Positions 1 through 7,475 of a DNA stretch of 64,000 nt are shown piece after piece. Each line of letters begins with the position of its first letter. Positions within the stretch are counted from its first letter, which is position 1. The DNA lies in contig JAFTAJ010000040.1 in the NCBI GenBank assembly GCA_017458585.1, forward strand, positions 5,422-69,421, written 5' to 3'. The translations under genes and the position numbers were made by a program. Origin of the DNA: Bacteroidaceae bacterium (GTDB taxonomy: Bacteria; Bacteroidota; Bacteroidia; Bacteroidales; Bacteroidaceae). The notes beneath the pieces are model-generated. The model did not search any database and was not told the origin of the DNA. It saw nothing but the letters and a program-made list of their open reading frames with translations.

Positions 1-266
1 TCAAAGGTACATGTTGCAGCTATGACAGCGTCGATAGAATCAGGGTCAACACCAGTCTTATCGAGCAACTGCTTCACAGCCTTGGTCATCATAAACGATG
101 TACCGGTGCCCTCTTCGGGCTTAAGGATGTGGCGTGTCTTCACACCGATGCGCTCCATTATCCACTCGTCGCTTGTGTCAACGATGGTGGACATCTCCTC
201 GTTGTCGAGGATGTAGGTGGGCACCCATCCGCCGATGCCAGTAATGACGGCATGTATCTTACTCAT
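1..266 (-). CDS. fabH: 3-oxoacyl-ACP synthase III (FabH), N-terminal ~88 codons; gene runs off the window start
   Basis: My reverse translation from the ATG (complement of 264-266) gives MSKIHAVITGIGGWVPTYILDNEEMSTIVDTSDEWIMERIGVKTRHIL... This is a FabH-type N-terminus in the classic yceD-rpmF-fabH order. It is absent from the ORF track because it is truncated. Confidence 0.75.
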   Translation of the reverse strand, partial: MSKIHAVITGIGGWVPTYILDNEEMSTIVDTSDEWIMERIGVKTRHILKPEEGTGTSFMMTKAVKQLLDKTGVDPDSIDAVIAATCTF

Positions 267-309
267 GGGAAATAAGATTAAACGTGAAATAATAAGGCTT
301 TAATAACGC

Positions 310-495
310 TTACTCAGCCACTTCCTGCTCTACAGCCACCTTGCCCCTGTAGTAACCACAGGAAGGACAAACGGTATGGTACACATAGAGCTCGCCGCAG
401 TTTGAGCACTTGGCCAGTGTAGGTGCCACGGCCTTATCGTGAGTTCTTCTCTTTGCGGTTCTTGTCTTTGATTGTCTTCTTTTAGGATGTGCCAT
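310..495 (-). CDS. rpmF: 50S ribosomal protein L32
   Basis: 61-aa ORF MAHPKRRQSKTRTAKRRTHDK... with a CxxC...CxxC zinc ribbon. Length and N-terminus are typical of L32. Confidence 0.95.
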   Translation of the reverse strand: MAHPKRRQSKTRTAKRRTHDKAVAPTLAKCSNCGELYVYHTVCPSCGYYRGKVAVEQEVAE

Positions 496-528
496 TTTTC
501 TGTTAGTATTTTAAGTTTATGATTTTGG

Positions 529-966
529 TCAAACGATGTATTGGCTAAGTTTCTCCGCCATTTCTTTGTTGCACTGTCCCTCGGGGTGGACATGGGTCAC
601 GGGCAGCGCCAGCACGATGAAGTCGTAAACCATCGGCCAGAGATCCAGCTCTTTCTGACTCTTCTCTACATAGATAATGTCGTCGGCATCTTCAAAGCGG
701 TCGGCAGTCTGCACGCTGAGCGAGTTGGTAGTGTCGATGTCCACCTCCATATCGTCGAGGCAGCGGTCGCACTCCACCACAGCTTTGCCCGCAGTGTGTA
801 TCGTGAGTCGCAATCCCTCAGGGGCCTGCTGAGCAGTCACGCTGGCTGTCAGCTGTCCGCCTTTAACCAGAGTGTTTTCCACGCTTGCCAGCATATCGTC
901 CGTTATGGAGTATTCGGCCGTCAGCGGCTGTGTGAAGTTTTGTTTCAGGTCTAGGATGACAGACAT
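529..966 (-). CDS. YceD/DUF177 family protein
   Basis: The ORF is 529..1026. I prefer the internal ATG at 966 (MSVILDLKQ...) because a -7-like box (TAAATTCG) lies at 987-994 inside the longer ORF. It has CDRCL...HPEGQC motifs and sits directly upstream of rpmF. Confidence 0.7.
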   Translation of the reverse strand: MSVILDLKQNFTQPLTAEYSITDDMLASVENTLVKGGQLTASVTAQQAPEGLRLTIHTAGKAVVECDRCLDDMEVDIDTTNSLSVQTADRFEDADDIIYVEKSQKELDLWPMVYDFIVLALPVTHVHPEGQCNKEMAEKLSQYIV

Positions 967-986
967 AATATACACTTTTGCGGCTG

Positions 987-994
987 CGAATTTA
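987..994 (-). promoter_or_regulatory. putative -7 promoter box (TAAATTCG, variant of Bacteroidetes TAnnTTTG)
   Basis: The plus strand reads cgaattta inside gctgcgaatttagtaata. The same GCTGCGAA(G/T)TTA context recurs at 6052 and 42272 upstream of other minus-strand genes. It lies 20 nt upstream of the ATG at 966. Confidence 0.4.
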
Positions 995-1145
995 GTAATA
1001 ATTTGTCTAATAACCATACTTTCCATGGCATAAATTCACTTTTTTCTCACATTTTCAACGGTAAAGTTTGTTCTGGATGGCAAAAACAACAACTTAGAAT
1101 TACAAATTTCATACATGGTTTGCAGGTTATATCAAAAAGTGTTTG

Positions 1146-1153
1146 TAAATTTG
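1146..1153 (+). promoter_or_regulatory. putative -7 promoter box TAAATTTG
   Basis: Matches TAnnTTTG, 29 nt upstream of the ATG at 1182. Confidence 0.45.
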
Positions 1154-1181
1154 CACCATATTTAATTTATTACAAATAACC

Positions 1182-2129
1182 ATGAAAAAGACGATCATTA
1201 TGACTGGACTGATGCTGGTGGCATCGGTAGTCGCTATTGCTCAGCCCAAGGTGTATTTCACCAAAGAGATAACACCAGAGGCGCTAGTGAAGATTTATGA
1301 CGCTCTTGGCGTTAAGGCCGAGGGACGCGTTGCAGTGAAGATTTCGACAGGTGAGGGGGGCAACACCCACTACCTTAAGCCAACCCTGATACGTAATCTG
1401 GTGGACAAGGTGAACGGCACTATCGTAGAGTGCTGCACAGCCTATCCTGGCTCTCGTATGGACAAGCAGAAGCATTGGGAGACAATCCACGACCATGGCT
1501 TCGACAGCATCTTCGCCGTTGACCTGATGGATGAATTTGGCGAGATACGCATCCCTGTGCAGGACAAGAAGCATCTGAAGTACAATATCGTAGGCAATCA
1601 CCTGCCCAACTACGACTTTATGATTAACCTCGCTCATTTCAAGGGCCATGCCATGGGCGGCTTCGGTGGAGTGATGAAGAATGCCAGTATCGGCGTAGCC
1701 TCCACCAACGGCAAAGCAAACATACACTCCGTAGGCATCACCACCGACCCTGTGGAGATGTGGAAGCATATTGATGACCAAGACGGATTCCTCGAGTCGA
1801 TGGCCGCTGCAGCACAAGCCGTGCACAACTATTTCGGAGGACGCGTCATCTACATCAATGTAATGAACAACATGTCGGTGGACTGCGACTGCGACGGTCA
1901 TCCCGCCAAGCCTGAGTTGATGGATATGGGTATTATGGCATCGCTAGACCCCGTGGCAGTAGATCAGGCCTGCTTGGACAAGGTGTTCAATTATCAGGGC
2001 AAGCCTGGCGACGACAACAAACCGCTCATCGAGCGCATCAATCGTCAGCACGGCACCTATATCACGGAATACGCAGAACAGATAGGTCTGGGCAGCCGCA
2101 AGTACAAGCTGATAAATCTGGATAAGTAG
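1182..2129 (+). CDS. DUF362 domain-containing protein with signal peptide
   Basis: 315-aa ORF with N-terminal signal MKKTIIMTGLMLVASVVAIAQ. The HFKGHAMGGFGGVMKNASIG and CDCDGH motifs resemble the DUF362 family. Assignment is from memory only. Confidence 0.5.
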   Translation: MKKTIIMTGLMLVASVVAIAQPKVYFTKEITPEALVKIYDALGVKAEGRVAVKISTGEGGNTHYLKPTLIRNLVDKVNGTIVECCTAYPGSRMDKQKHWETIHDHGFDSIFAVDLMDEFGEIRIPVQDKKHLKYNIVGNHLPNYDFMINLAHFKGHAMGGFGGVMKNASIGVASTNGKANIHSVGITTDPVEMWKHIDDQDGFLESMAAAAQAVHNYFGGRVIYINVMNNMSVDCDCDGHPAKPELMDMGIMASLDPVAVDQACLDKVFNYQGKPGDDNKPLIERINRQHGTYITEYAEQIGLGSRKYKLINLDK

Positions 2130-2154
2130 CGAGAAGAAGTAGATGAACTCGCGG

Positions 2155-3363
2155 CTACCTCTTCAACTCTATACGGAAGGTGGTGCCTTTGCCCAGCTCG
2201 GACGACTTGACAAAGATGCGTCCCTTGTGGTATTTCTCTACTATGCGCTTCGCCAATGAAAGGCCGAGTCCCCAGCCGCGCTGCTTGGTGGTGTAGCCAG
2301 GCTCAAAGACTGACTTGAAGCGGCTCTTGGCGATTCCCTTGCCAGTATCGCTAATCTCTATGGCAAGACGCTTGGGTTCCTCCTTGGCGGTGATGTCTAT
2401 CTTGCCCTTACCGCCCATGGCGTCGATGGCGTTCTTGCACAGGTTCTCTATTACCCATTCAAACAGAGAGGCGTTCATCATCACGCGGCAGTCGTTCTCC
2501 GGCAGATGGCAATTTATGGCGACATTGGCAGAAGAGCGAGGCTTTAGGTAGTTGACTACATGCCATATCACCTCGTTGACACTTTCCAGCTTGGGCTCCG
2601 GCAATGAGCCAACTTTTGAGAAGCGCTCAGCTATAAGGTTGAGCCTGTCCACATCCTTCTCAAACTCAGGGAGCATCGGGTCTTCAGGATAGTTTTCCCT
2701 CAGTATTTCCATCCATGCCATAAGCGAACTGATAGGCGTGCCCAGCTGATGCGCCGTTTCCTTGGTAAGGCCCACCCATACACGGTTCTGCTCCGCACGC
2801 TGCGAGCTCACAATCACAAAGATGATGATGATGGCAAATAGCGCCAGTATCGTTATCTGAATATATGGATATATCGCCAGCCGCTTCAGCACCAAAGAGT
2901 TGTCGTAGAGTATCTCCATGTATGGCTGCTCAACATTCTCCAATGAATCTCGCTGGGAGAGTGAATCTTCAGACATGGGCGTAGGCGCGTATGTTATCTT
3001 TATGGAGTGCCCTGCGCTGCGCATATGCTCCAGCTCGTCCTGTATGTGACTGATGGAGTCGTTGACTGACAGCTCGTGGCAATCGATGTTGCGCGTCATT
3101 TCCACCTCGCCGTTGTCGTTTAGCACAATCACAGGGATGGTATTGTTGGTGTTGAGCACCTTCAGCACCAGGTTGAGGTCGGTGTTCTCATCAGCGTTGT
3201 TGAGTGACTGCATGGCTTCAGCCCAGATGCTCATCTTGTTGCCGGCCTCATCCTCCAAGTCCTTCACCAAGAAATGCGAATACACAAGAGATATTGCCGC
3301 AATAACTATTGCTGCTGCAATAAGGAGATACTTAATCTTCTTGGTCTTGTTAATCCACGCCAT
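2155..3363 (-). CDS. sensor histidine kinase (orphan; no adjacent response regulator)
   Basis: 402 aa with two TM segments, an H-box (ETAHQLGTPISSL), an N-box (NLCKNAIDAM) and G-boxes (DTGKGI, GWGLGLSL). Confidence 0.85.
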   Translation of the reverse strand: MAWINKTKKIKYLLIAAAIVIAAISLVYSHFLVKDLEDEAGNKMSIWAEAMQSLNNADENTDLNLVLKVLNTNNTIPVIVLNDNGEVEMTRNIDCHELSVNDSISHIQDELEHMRSAGHSIKITYAPTPMSEDSLSQRDSLENVEQPYMEILYDNSLVLKRLAIYPYIQITILALFAIIIIFVIVSSQRAEQNRVWVGLTKETAHQLGTPISSLMAWMEILRENYPEDPMLPEFEKDVDRLNLIAERFSKVGSLPEPKLESVNEVIWHVVNYLKPRSSANVAINCHLPENDCRVMMNASLFEWVIENLCKNAIDAMGGKGKIDITAKEEPKRLAIEISDTGKGIAKSRFKSVFEPGYTTKQRGWGLGLSLAKRIVEKYHKGRIFVKSSELGKGTTFRIELKR

Positions 3364-3368
3364 GGAGA

Positions 3369-3396
3369 GTTCAAAAGTTCGAAAGTTCGAAAGTTT
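3369..3396. repeat. 8-nt tandem array GTTCGAAA x3
   Basis: gttcaaaagttcgaaagttcgaaagttt lies immediately upstream of the kinase start codon (3363, minus strand). Confidence 0.8.
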
Positions 3397-3455
3397 AATT
3401 TTTTAACGCAAAAAACGGCTATTTATTGTGGTGACATAATGGCGCATGACATACA

Positions 3456-3497
3456 AAATAAAAAAAAGGATTGGTTGTCTCCCGACAGTCAATCCTT
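3456..3497 (-). terminator. rho-independent terminator of the DUF5063-exonuclease-rlmI operon
   Basis: Near-perfect hairpin AAGGATTG-gtTGTCtcccGACAgt-CAATCCTT (3466-3497). It is followed on the minus strand by a U-run (A-run 3456-3465 on plus). Confidence 0.7.
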
Positions 3498-3627
3498 ACT
3501 AACCTTAAATCTAATACCATGAAAACTGGCGCGAAGTTACGCCTTTTTGTAGTTTCCGCCAAATTATTATGTGAAAAATTTGCATTCGAGGCGAAAAAAG
3601 ATGAATAAACAGTAAAATTCTGCATTG

Positions 3628-4824
3628 TTATTCAATTTGCAGCACCAATCCCTTCAAATATTCGCCTTCAGGGTGGTAAATGTTGATAGGATGGTCGGCA
3701 GGCTGGTGAAGCTGGTGGAGGATGCGCACAAAGCGGTGGCTCTGTGCCGCTGCAGTAAATACAGCAAGGCGGAACTGGTCTTTGTTTACAGCTTGTGAGC
3801 AGCTAAAGGTGAAGAGTATGCCGCCAGGCTTTATCTTTTGCATCGCCTTAGCATTAAGGCGTGTGTATCCTTTGAGAGCATTATGCAGCGCATCGCGATG
3901 CTTGGCGAAGGCCGGTGGGTCGAGAACGATGAGGTCATAATCATTGACCATTGCCGCTTCGCTTTCGCCAACGCAGTTGAGAAACTTGAAGGCATCTGTG
4001 GCAAACGACTGATGGCACTTGCAATCAGGGAAGTTGAGTGCCACATTGCGGTCGGTCACTTCCACTGCCCTTTCAGAGCTGTCAACAGAGTGGACCATCT
4101 CCGCTCCGCCACGGAGGGCATAGACGGAGAAACCGCCCGTGTAACAGAACATATTCAGCACACGGCGCCCTTTGGCATATTGCTCAATCAAGGAGCGGTT
4201 GTCGCGCTGGTCGAGGAAGAAACCGGTCTTCTGACCCTTGAGCCAGTCAATATGGAAACTCAGACCATTCTCTTTGGCAATGAGCTCCATTGGGGTGCCC
4301 AGCAGAAATCCTGATTCGTCGCTAAGGCCTGCCTTGTAGGGGAGGGTAGTGTCGCTCTTATAGTAGATACCCTGCAGCTCTGGCATGAGCGTATGCAGTG
4401 CCTCGGCTATCTCCATGCGTTGACGATGCATGCCTACACTGTGGGCTTGCATCACGGCGGCAGGACCATAGATGTCTATTACCAATCCAGGCAGTTGGTC
4501 GCCCTCGCCATGTACGAGGCGATACATGTCGTTGTCATTGGGACGTATCACCCCAAGGCTTTTTCTCATTGAGTAAGCTGCAGTGAGGCGGCGCATCCAG
4601 AAATCTCCGTCTATCGTTTCGTCGCAGAAGGTCAGCATGCGCACTGCAATGGAGCCAATCTGATAATGCCCTATGCCCATAAACTCCCCTTCTGCGTTGA
4701 CCACACGCACCAGTTCGCCCTCACTTATATCATTATCGTTGCGTGCAATGGCGCCAGAGAACACCCAAGGATGGAATCTGCGTAGGCTCTGGTCTTTTCC
4801 CTTGCGTAGAGTAATCGTGTTCAT
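3628..4824 (-). CDS. rlmI: class I SAM-dependent 23S rRNA (cytosine-C5) methyltransferase, RlmI-like (PUA + MTase)
   Basis: 398 aa. The N-terminal PUA-like region, FCYTGGFS (SAM motif I) and VLDPPAFAK (motif IV) are typical of the RlmI/RlmK family. Confidence 0.75.
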   Translation of the reverse strand: MNTITLRKGKDQSLRRFHPWVFSGAIARNDNDISEGELVRVVNAEGEFMGIGHYQIGSIAVRMLTFCDETIDGDFWMRRLTAAYSMRKSLGVIRPNDNDMYRLVHGEGDQLPGLVIDIYGPAAVMQAHSVGMHRQRMEIAEALHTLMPELQGIYYKSDTTLPYKAGLSDESGFLLGTPMELIAKENGLSFHIDWLKGQKTGFFLDQRDNRSLIEQYAKGRRVLNMFCYTGGFSVYALRGGAEMVHSVDSSERAVEVTDRNVALNFPDCKCHQSFATDAFKFLNCVGESEAAMVNDYDLIVLDPPAFAKHRDALHNALKGYTRLNAKAMQKIKPGGILFTFSCSQAVNKDQFRLAVFTAAAQSHRFVRILHQLHQPADHPINIYHPEGEYLKGLVLQIE

Positions 4825-4838
4825 GCTGTAGTAGGAGT

Positions 4839-5513
4839 TTAATGGGTTTGAAGTGTTTTAAGGAGGGCGTCCTGCCAGATGTCAAACATGCGGCTGTCAT
4901 CCATCGGCGCCACGTACTCGTATTCCTCGCCAGTGCGAAAGCGGCACAGTTGGCGATATATGCGCAGGCATGCCCAAGCATCGATGGCAGCATACCTCTT
5001 CTGACCTTCGTCGAGAGTGGGTGCCTCCCAGTTGGTGAGTCTCTTGCTCTTGGAAATACGTTTGCCAAAGAGGTTGGCATAAATCTTTTGCAGACTCATG
5101 TCAATGATGCCCACTTCCTTTACCATCTTCTGGAGTTCCACTATGCGAGGTATCCTTATATGGCGGCGCTGATTGAGGGCGCGTATGTCGTCGTGCAGCG
5201 AAAGGCCTATCTTCGCCTGGCGACGATTGGCCAAAAGGGCAGCCAGACTGTCAGGTATGCCGATGCGATTCAAGCGAAAGAGGAAACATGTGTCGTCAGT
5301 AGAGATTTGCAACAGGGCAACTTTATGACTCTCGTTGCTGCTGAAGTTGGGGCGAGTCTCCGTGTCAATACCCACGAACTCAAACGCCTGCAGATAGGCA
5401 GTAGCCTTGTCGCATTCACTCATAGTGGAGACGGTGATGATTCTGCCGTTAAAACTCTCAAGCGGCATCTCATCCACCAACCTTTTATCTATCTGCGCAT
5501 ATATCTTCCTCAT
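4839..5513 (-). CDS. 3'-5' exonuclease, DEDDy (RNase D/WRN-like) domain protein
   Basis: 224 aa with Exo I VGIDTETRP, Exo II SLHDDIRAL and Exo III YAAIDAWACL. Confidence 0.75.
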   Translation of the reverse strand: MRKIYAQIDKRLVDEMPLESFNGRIITVSTMSECDKATAYLQAFEFVGIDTETRPNFSSNESHKVALLQISTDDTCFLFRLNRIGIPDSLAALLANRRQAKIGLSLHDDIRALNQRRHIRIPRIVELQKMVKEVGIIDMSLQKIYANLFGKRISKSKRLTNWEAPTLDEGQKRYAAIDAWACLRIYRQLCRFRTGEEYEYVAPMDDSRMFDIWQDALLKTLQTH

Positions 5514-5519
5514 GGCAGG

Positions 5520-6047
5520 CTATTCGTCAGCGTAATCCATCTGTTGGTACAGGATATCGTGGAGTGCTCGCATTACATTCACACATTTCTGCCCCCAGTA
5601 CTCCTTGAAGTTGTCGAGCACCTCCCATAGGGCGGCACCCATCATCTCCTCTAAACCGTCGCGATAAACTGCAAGGAAATTGCGAAGGTCTTGGTAGATG
5701 TCAGCTAACTCTTCTGATACGCTGCGCAGGATGGGCTTGTCGCTATACTTCATGTCTTCCACAAACACGTCAAGGTATTCATCGTAGCGTCCCAGAACAT
5801 CATAAATGCCGTTGCGCACGAAGTTGTAGTCGTCCTCTGTCACTTGCGGGTCAGTGCTGAAAGCACTCTCAACCATTGCTGTCTCCAGAAGGTCACTCGC
5901 CTTTATATATAAATAAGGTAGAGAGCTGAGCATGCCTTTGACCAACTCGCGAGGCGTGGCTTCGCGACAATGCTCCAACTTGAGGCAGTAGTCGGCTGCC
6001 AACTTCACGAAATCTATGACATCTTTGTTATATATCTGCTCATTCAT
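5520..6047 (-). CDS. DUF5063 domain-containing protein
   Basis: 175-aa acidic helical protein. The pairing with the downstream 3'-5' exonuclease gene is the arrangement I recall for DUF5063 in Bacteroidales. Recognition only. Confidence 0.45.
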   Translation of the reverse strand: MNEQIYNKDVIDFVKLAADYCLKLEHCREATPRELVKGMLSSLPYLYIKASDLLETAMVESAFSTDPQVTEDDYNFVRNGIYDVLGRYDEYLDVFVEDMKYSDKPILRSVSEELADIYQDLRNFLAVYRDGLEEMMGAALWEVLDNFKEYWGQKCVNVMRALHDILYQQMDYADE

Positions 6048-6051
6048 GCTG

Positions 6052-6059
6052 CGAAGTTA
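6052..6059 (-). promoter_or_regulatory. putative -7 box TAACTTCG only 4 nt upstream of the start codon (possible leaderless mRNA)
   Basis: The minus strand reads ttattgTAACTTCGcagcATG. The same TGTAACTTCGCAG context occurs at 42272-42279. Confidence 0.35.
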
Positions 6060-6102
6060 CAATAAAAAATTCTTTTTTTTCGTCATTTAATTATAAAAAT
6101 GC

Positions 6103-6110
6103 TAATTTTG
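6103..6110 (+). promoter_or_regulatory. putative -7 promoter box TAATTTTG for serS
   Basis: Matches TAnnTTTG, 29 nt upstream of the ATG at 6139, with an A/T-rich upstream region. Confidence 0.5.
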
Positions 6111-6138
6111 CACGCTGATATTATAAACACACAAAGCA

Positions 6139-7413
6139 ATGCTTACAATAAACCAGATTACAGAAAATAAAGAGGCTGTCCTCGCCGGCCTTAATAAGAA
6201 GCACTTCGCTGATGCAGAAAAGACTATCGCCGAGGTGCTGGCTGTCAACACTCAGCGTAAGGCCTGCCAGACGAGCCTTGACGACAACCTCGCCCAGCAA
6301 AACAAGATAGCCAAGTCTATTGGCTTGCTGATGCGTGAGGGTAAGAAAGACGAGGCTGAGCAAGCCAAAGCCCAGGTTGCCGCTCTTAAGGCAGACTCCA
6401 AGACTATGCAAGATCGCAAGGTGGAACTGGAGGAGCAACTGCAGCAGCTTCTCTACACCATTCCCAATGTGCCTTACGACGAGGTGCCAGAAGGTAAGAG
6501 CGCAGAGGACAATGTGGTGGTAAAGACAGGTGGCAACAATAATCCGCTGCCTGCAGATGCACTGCCTCACTGGGAGTTGGCAAAGAAATATAACCTCATC
6601 GATTTTGACCTGGGCGTGAAGATCGCTGGCGCAGGATTCCCCGTATATGTAGGGTGGGGTGCCCGTCTGCAGCGTGCCTTAATCAACTTCTTCCTTGACG
6701 AGGCTCGTAAGGCCGGCTACACTGAGATAATGCCGCCCACCGTTGTCAACCAGGCCAGCGGCTATGGTACTGGCCAGTTGCCAGACAAAGAGGGGCAGAT
6801 GTACCACTGCGACCTTGATGACCTCTATCTTATTCCTACGGCTGAGGTGCCTGTGACCAATATCTATCGTGATGTTATCCTCGACGAGGTGCTGTTGCCC
6901 ATCAAAAACTGTGCTTATACAGAGTGCTTCCGTCGCGAGGCAGGCAGCTATGGTAAGGATGTGCGAGGCCTCAATCGTCTGCACGAATTCTCCAAAGTGG
7001 AGATTGTGCGTATTGACACTCCTGAACATTCGCGTGAAAGCCACAAGGAGATGCTTGACCATGTTGAGGGGCTGCTCGTTAAGTTGGAGTTGCCATACCG
7101 CATCCTTCGTCTCTGTGGTGGCGACATGAGTTTTACTGCTGCCATCTGCTATGACTTTGAAGTCTATTCTGAGGCTCAGCAACGTTGGCTGGAGGTAAGC
7201 TCCGTTTCCAATTTTGACACTTATCAGGCAAATCGCCTCCATTGTCGTTATCGCAAGGATGGCAAGAAGATTACTCTTTGCCACACCCTCAACGGCTCCG
7301 CTCTCGCCCTGCCTCGTATAGTTGCCGCTCTGCTCGAGAACAATCAAACGCCTGACGGCATACGTATTCCTGCCGCTCTCCAGCCCTATCTTGGTACAGA
7401 CATCATCAAATAA
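6139..7413 (+). CDS. serS: serine--tRNA ligase
   Basis: 424 aa with an N-terminal coiled-coil arm and class II aaRS motifs (FRREAGS, GSALA..R). Confidence 0.95.
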   Translation: MLTINQITENKEAVLAGLNKKHFADAEKTIAEVLAVNTQRKACQTSLDDNLAQQNKIAKSIGLLMREGKKDEAEQAKAQVAALKADSKTMQDRKVELEEQLQQLLYTIPNVPYDEVPEGKSAEDNVVVKTGGNNNPLPADALPHWELAKKYNLIDFDLGVKIAGAGFPVYVGWGARLQRALINFFLDEARKAGYTEIMPPTVVNQASGYGTGQLPDKEGQMYHCDLDDLYLIPTAEVPVTNIYRDVILDEVLLPIKNCAYTECFRREAGSYGKDVRGLNRLHEFSKVEIVRIDTPEHSRESHKEMLDHVEGLLVKLELPYRILRLCGGDMSFTAAICYDFEVYSEAQQRWLEVSSVSNFDTYQANRLHCRYRKDGKKITLCHTLNGSALALPRIVAALLENNQTPDGIRIPAALQPYLGTDIIK

Positions 7414-7427
7414 TTAAAAACAAAAGT

Positions 7428-7475
7428 AATGGCCAGGTGGTGAACCTGGCCATTATTATTTGATATTATTTTTTC
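7428..7475. terminator. bidirectional rho-independent terminator between serS (+) and the EEP gene (-)
   Basis: Hairpin AATGGCCAGGT-ggtga-ACCTGGCCATT (7428-7454). It is flanked by an A-rich run on the left and a T-rich run on the right. Confidence 0.65.

Noticed and set aside
529-1026. A longer 165-aa version of the YceD-like ORF (start 1026), and the overlapping ORFs 330-593 and 541-954.
   Set aside because: The N-terminal extension (MESMVIRQIITKFAAAKVYI) covers a -7-like promoter box, and typical YceD proteins start near MSV... The other two ORFs are antisense or out-of-frame shadows of rpmF and yceD.
3419-3625. Small ORFs (3274-3522 and 3419-3625) lie in the kinase/rlmI intergenic region.
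   Set aside because: They overlap a clear terminator hairpin and promoter-like AT-rich sequence, and their translations have no coding-like composition.
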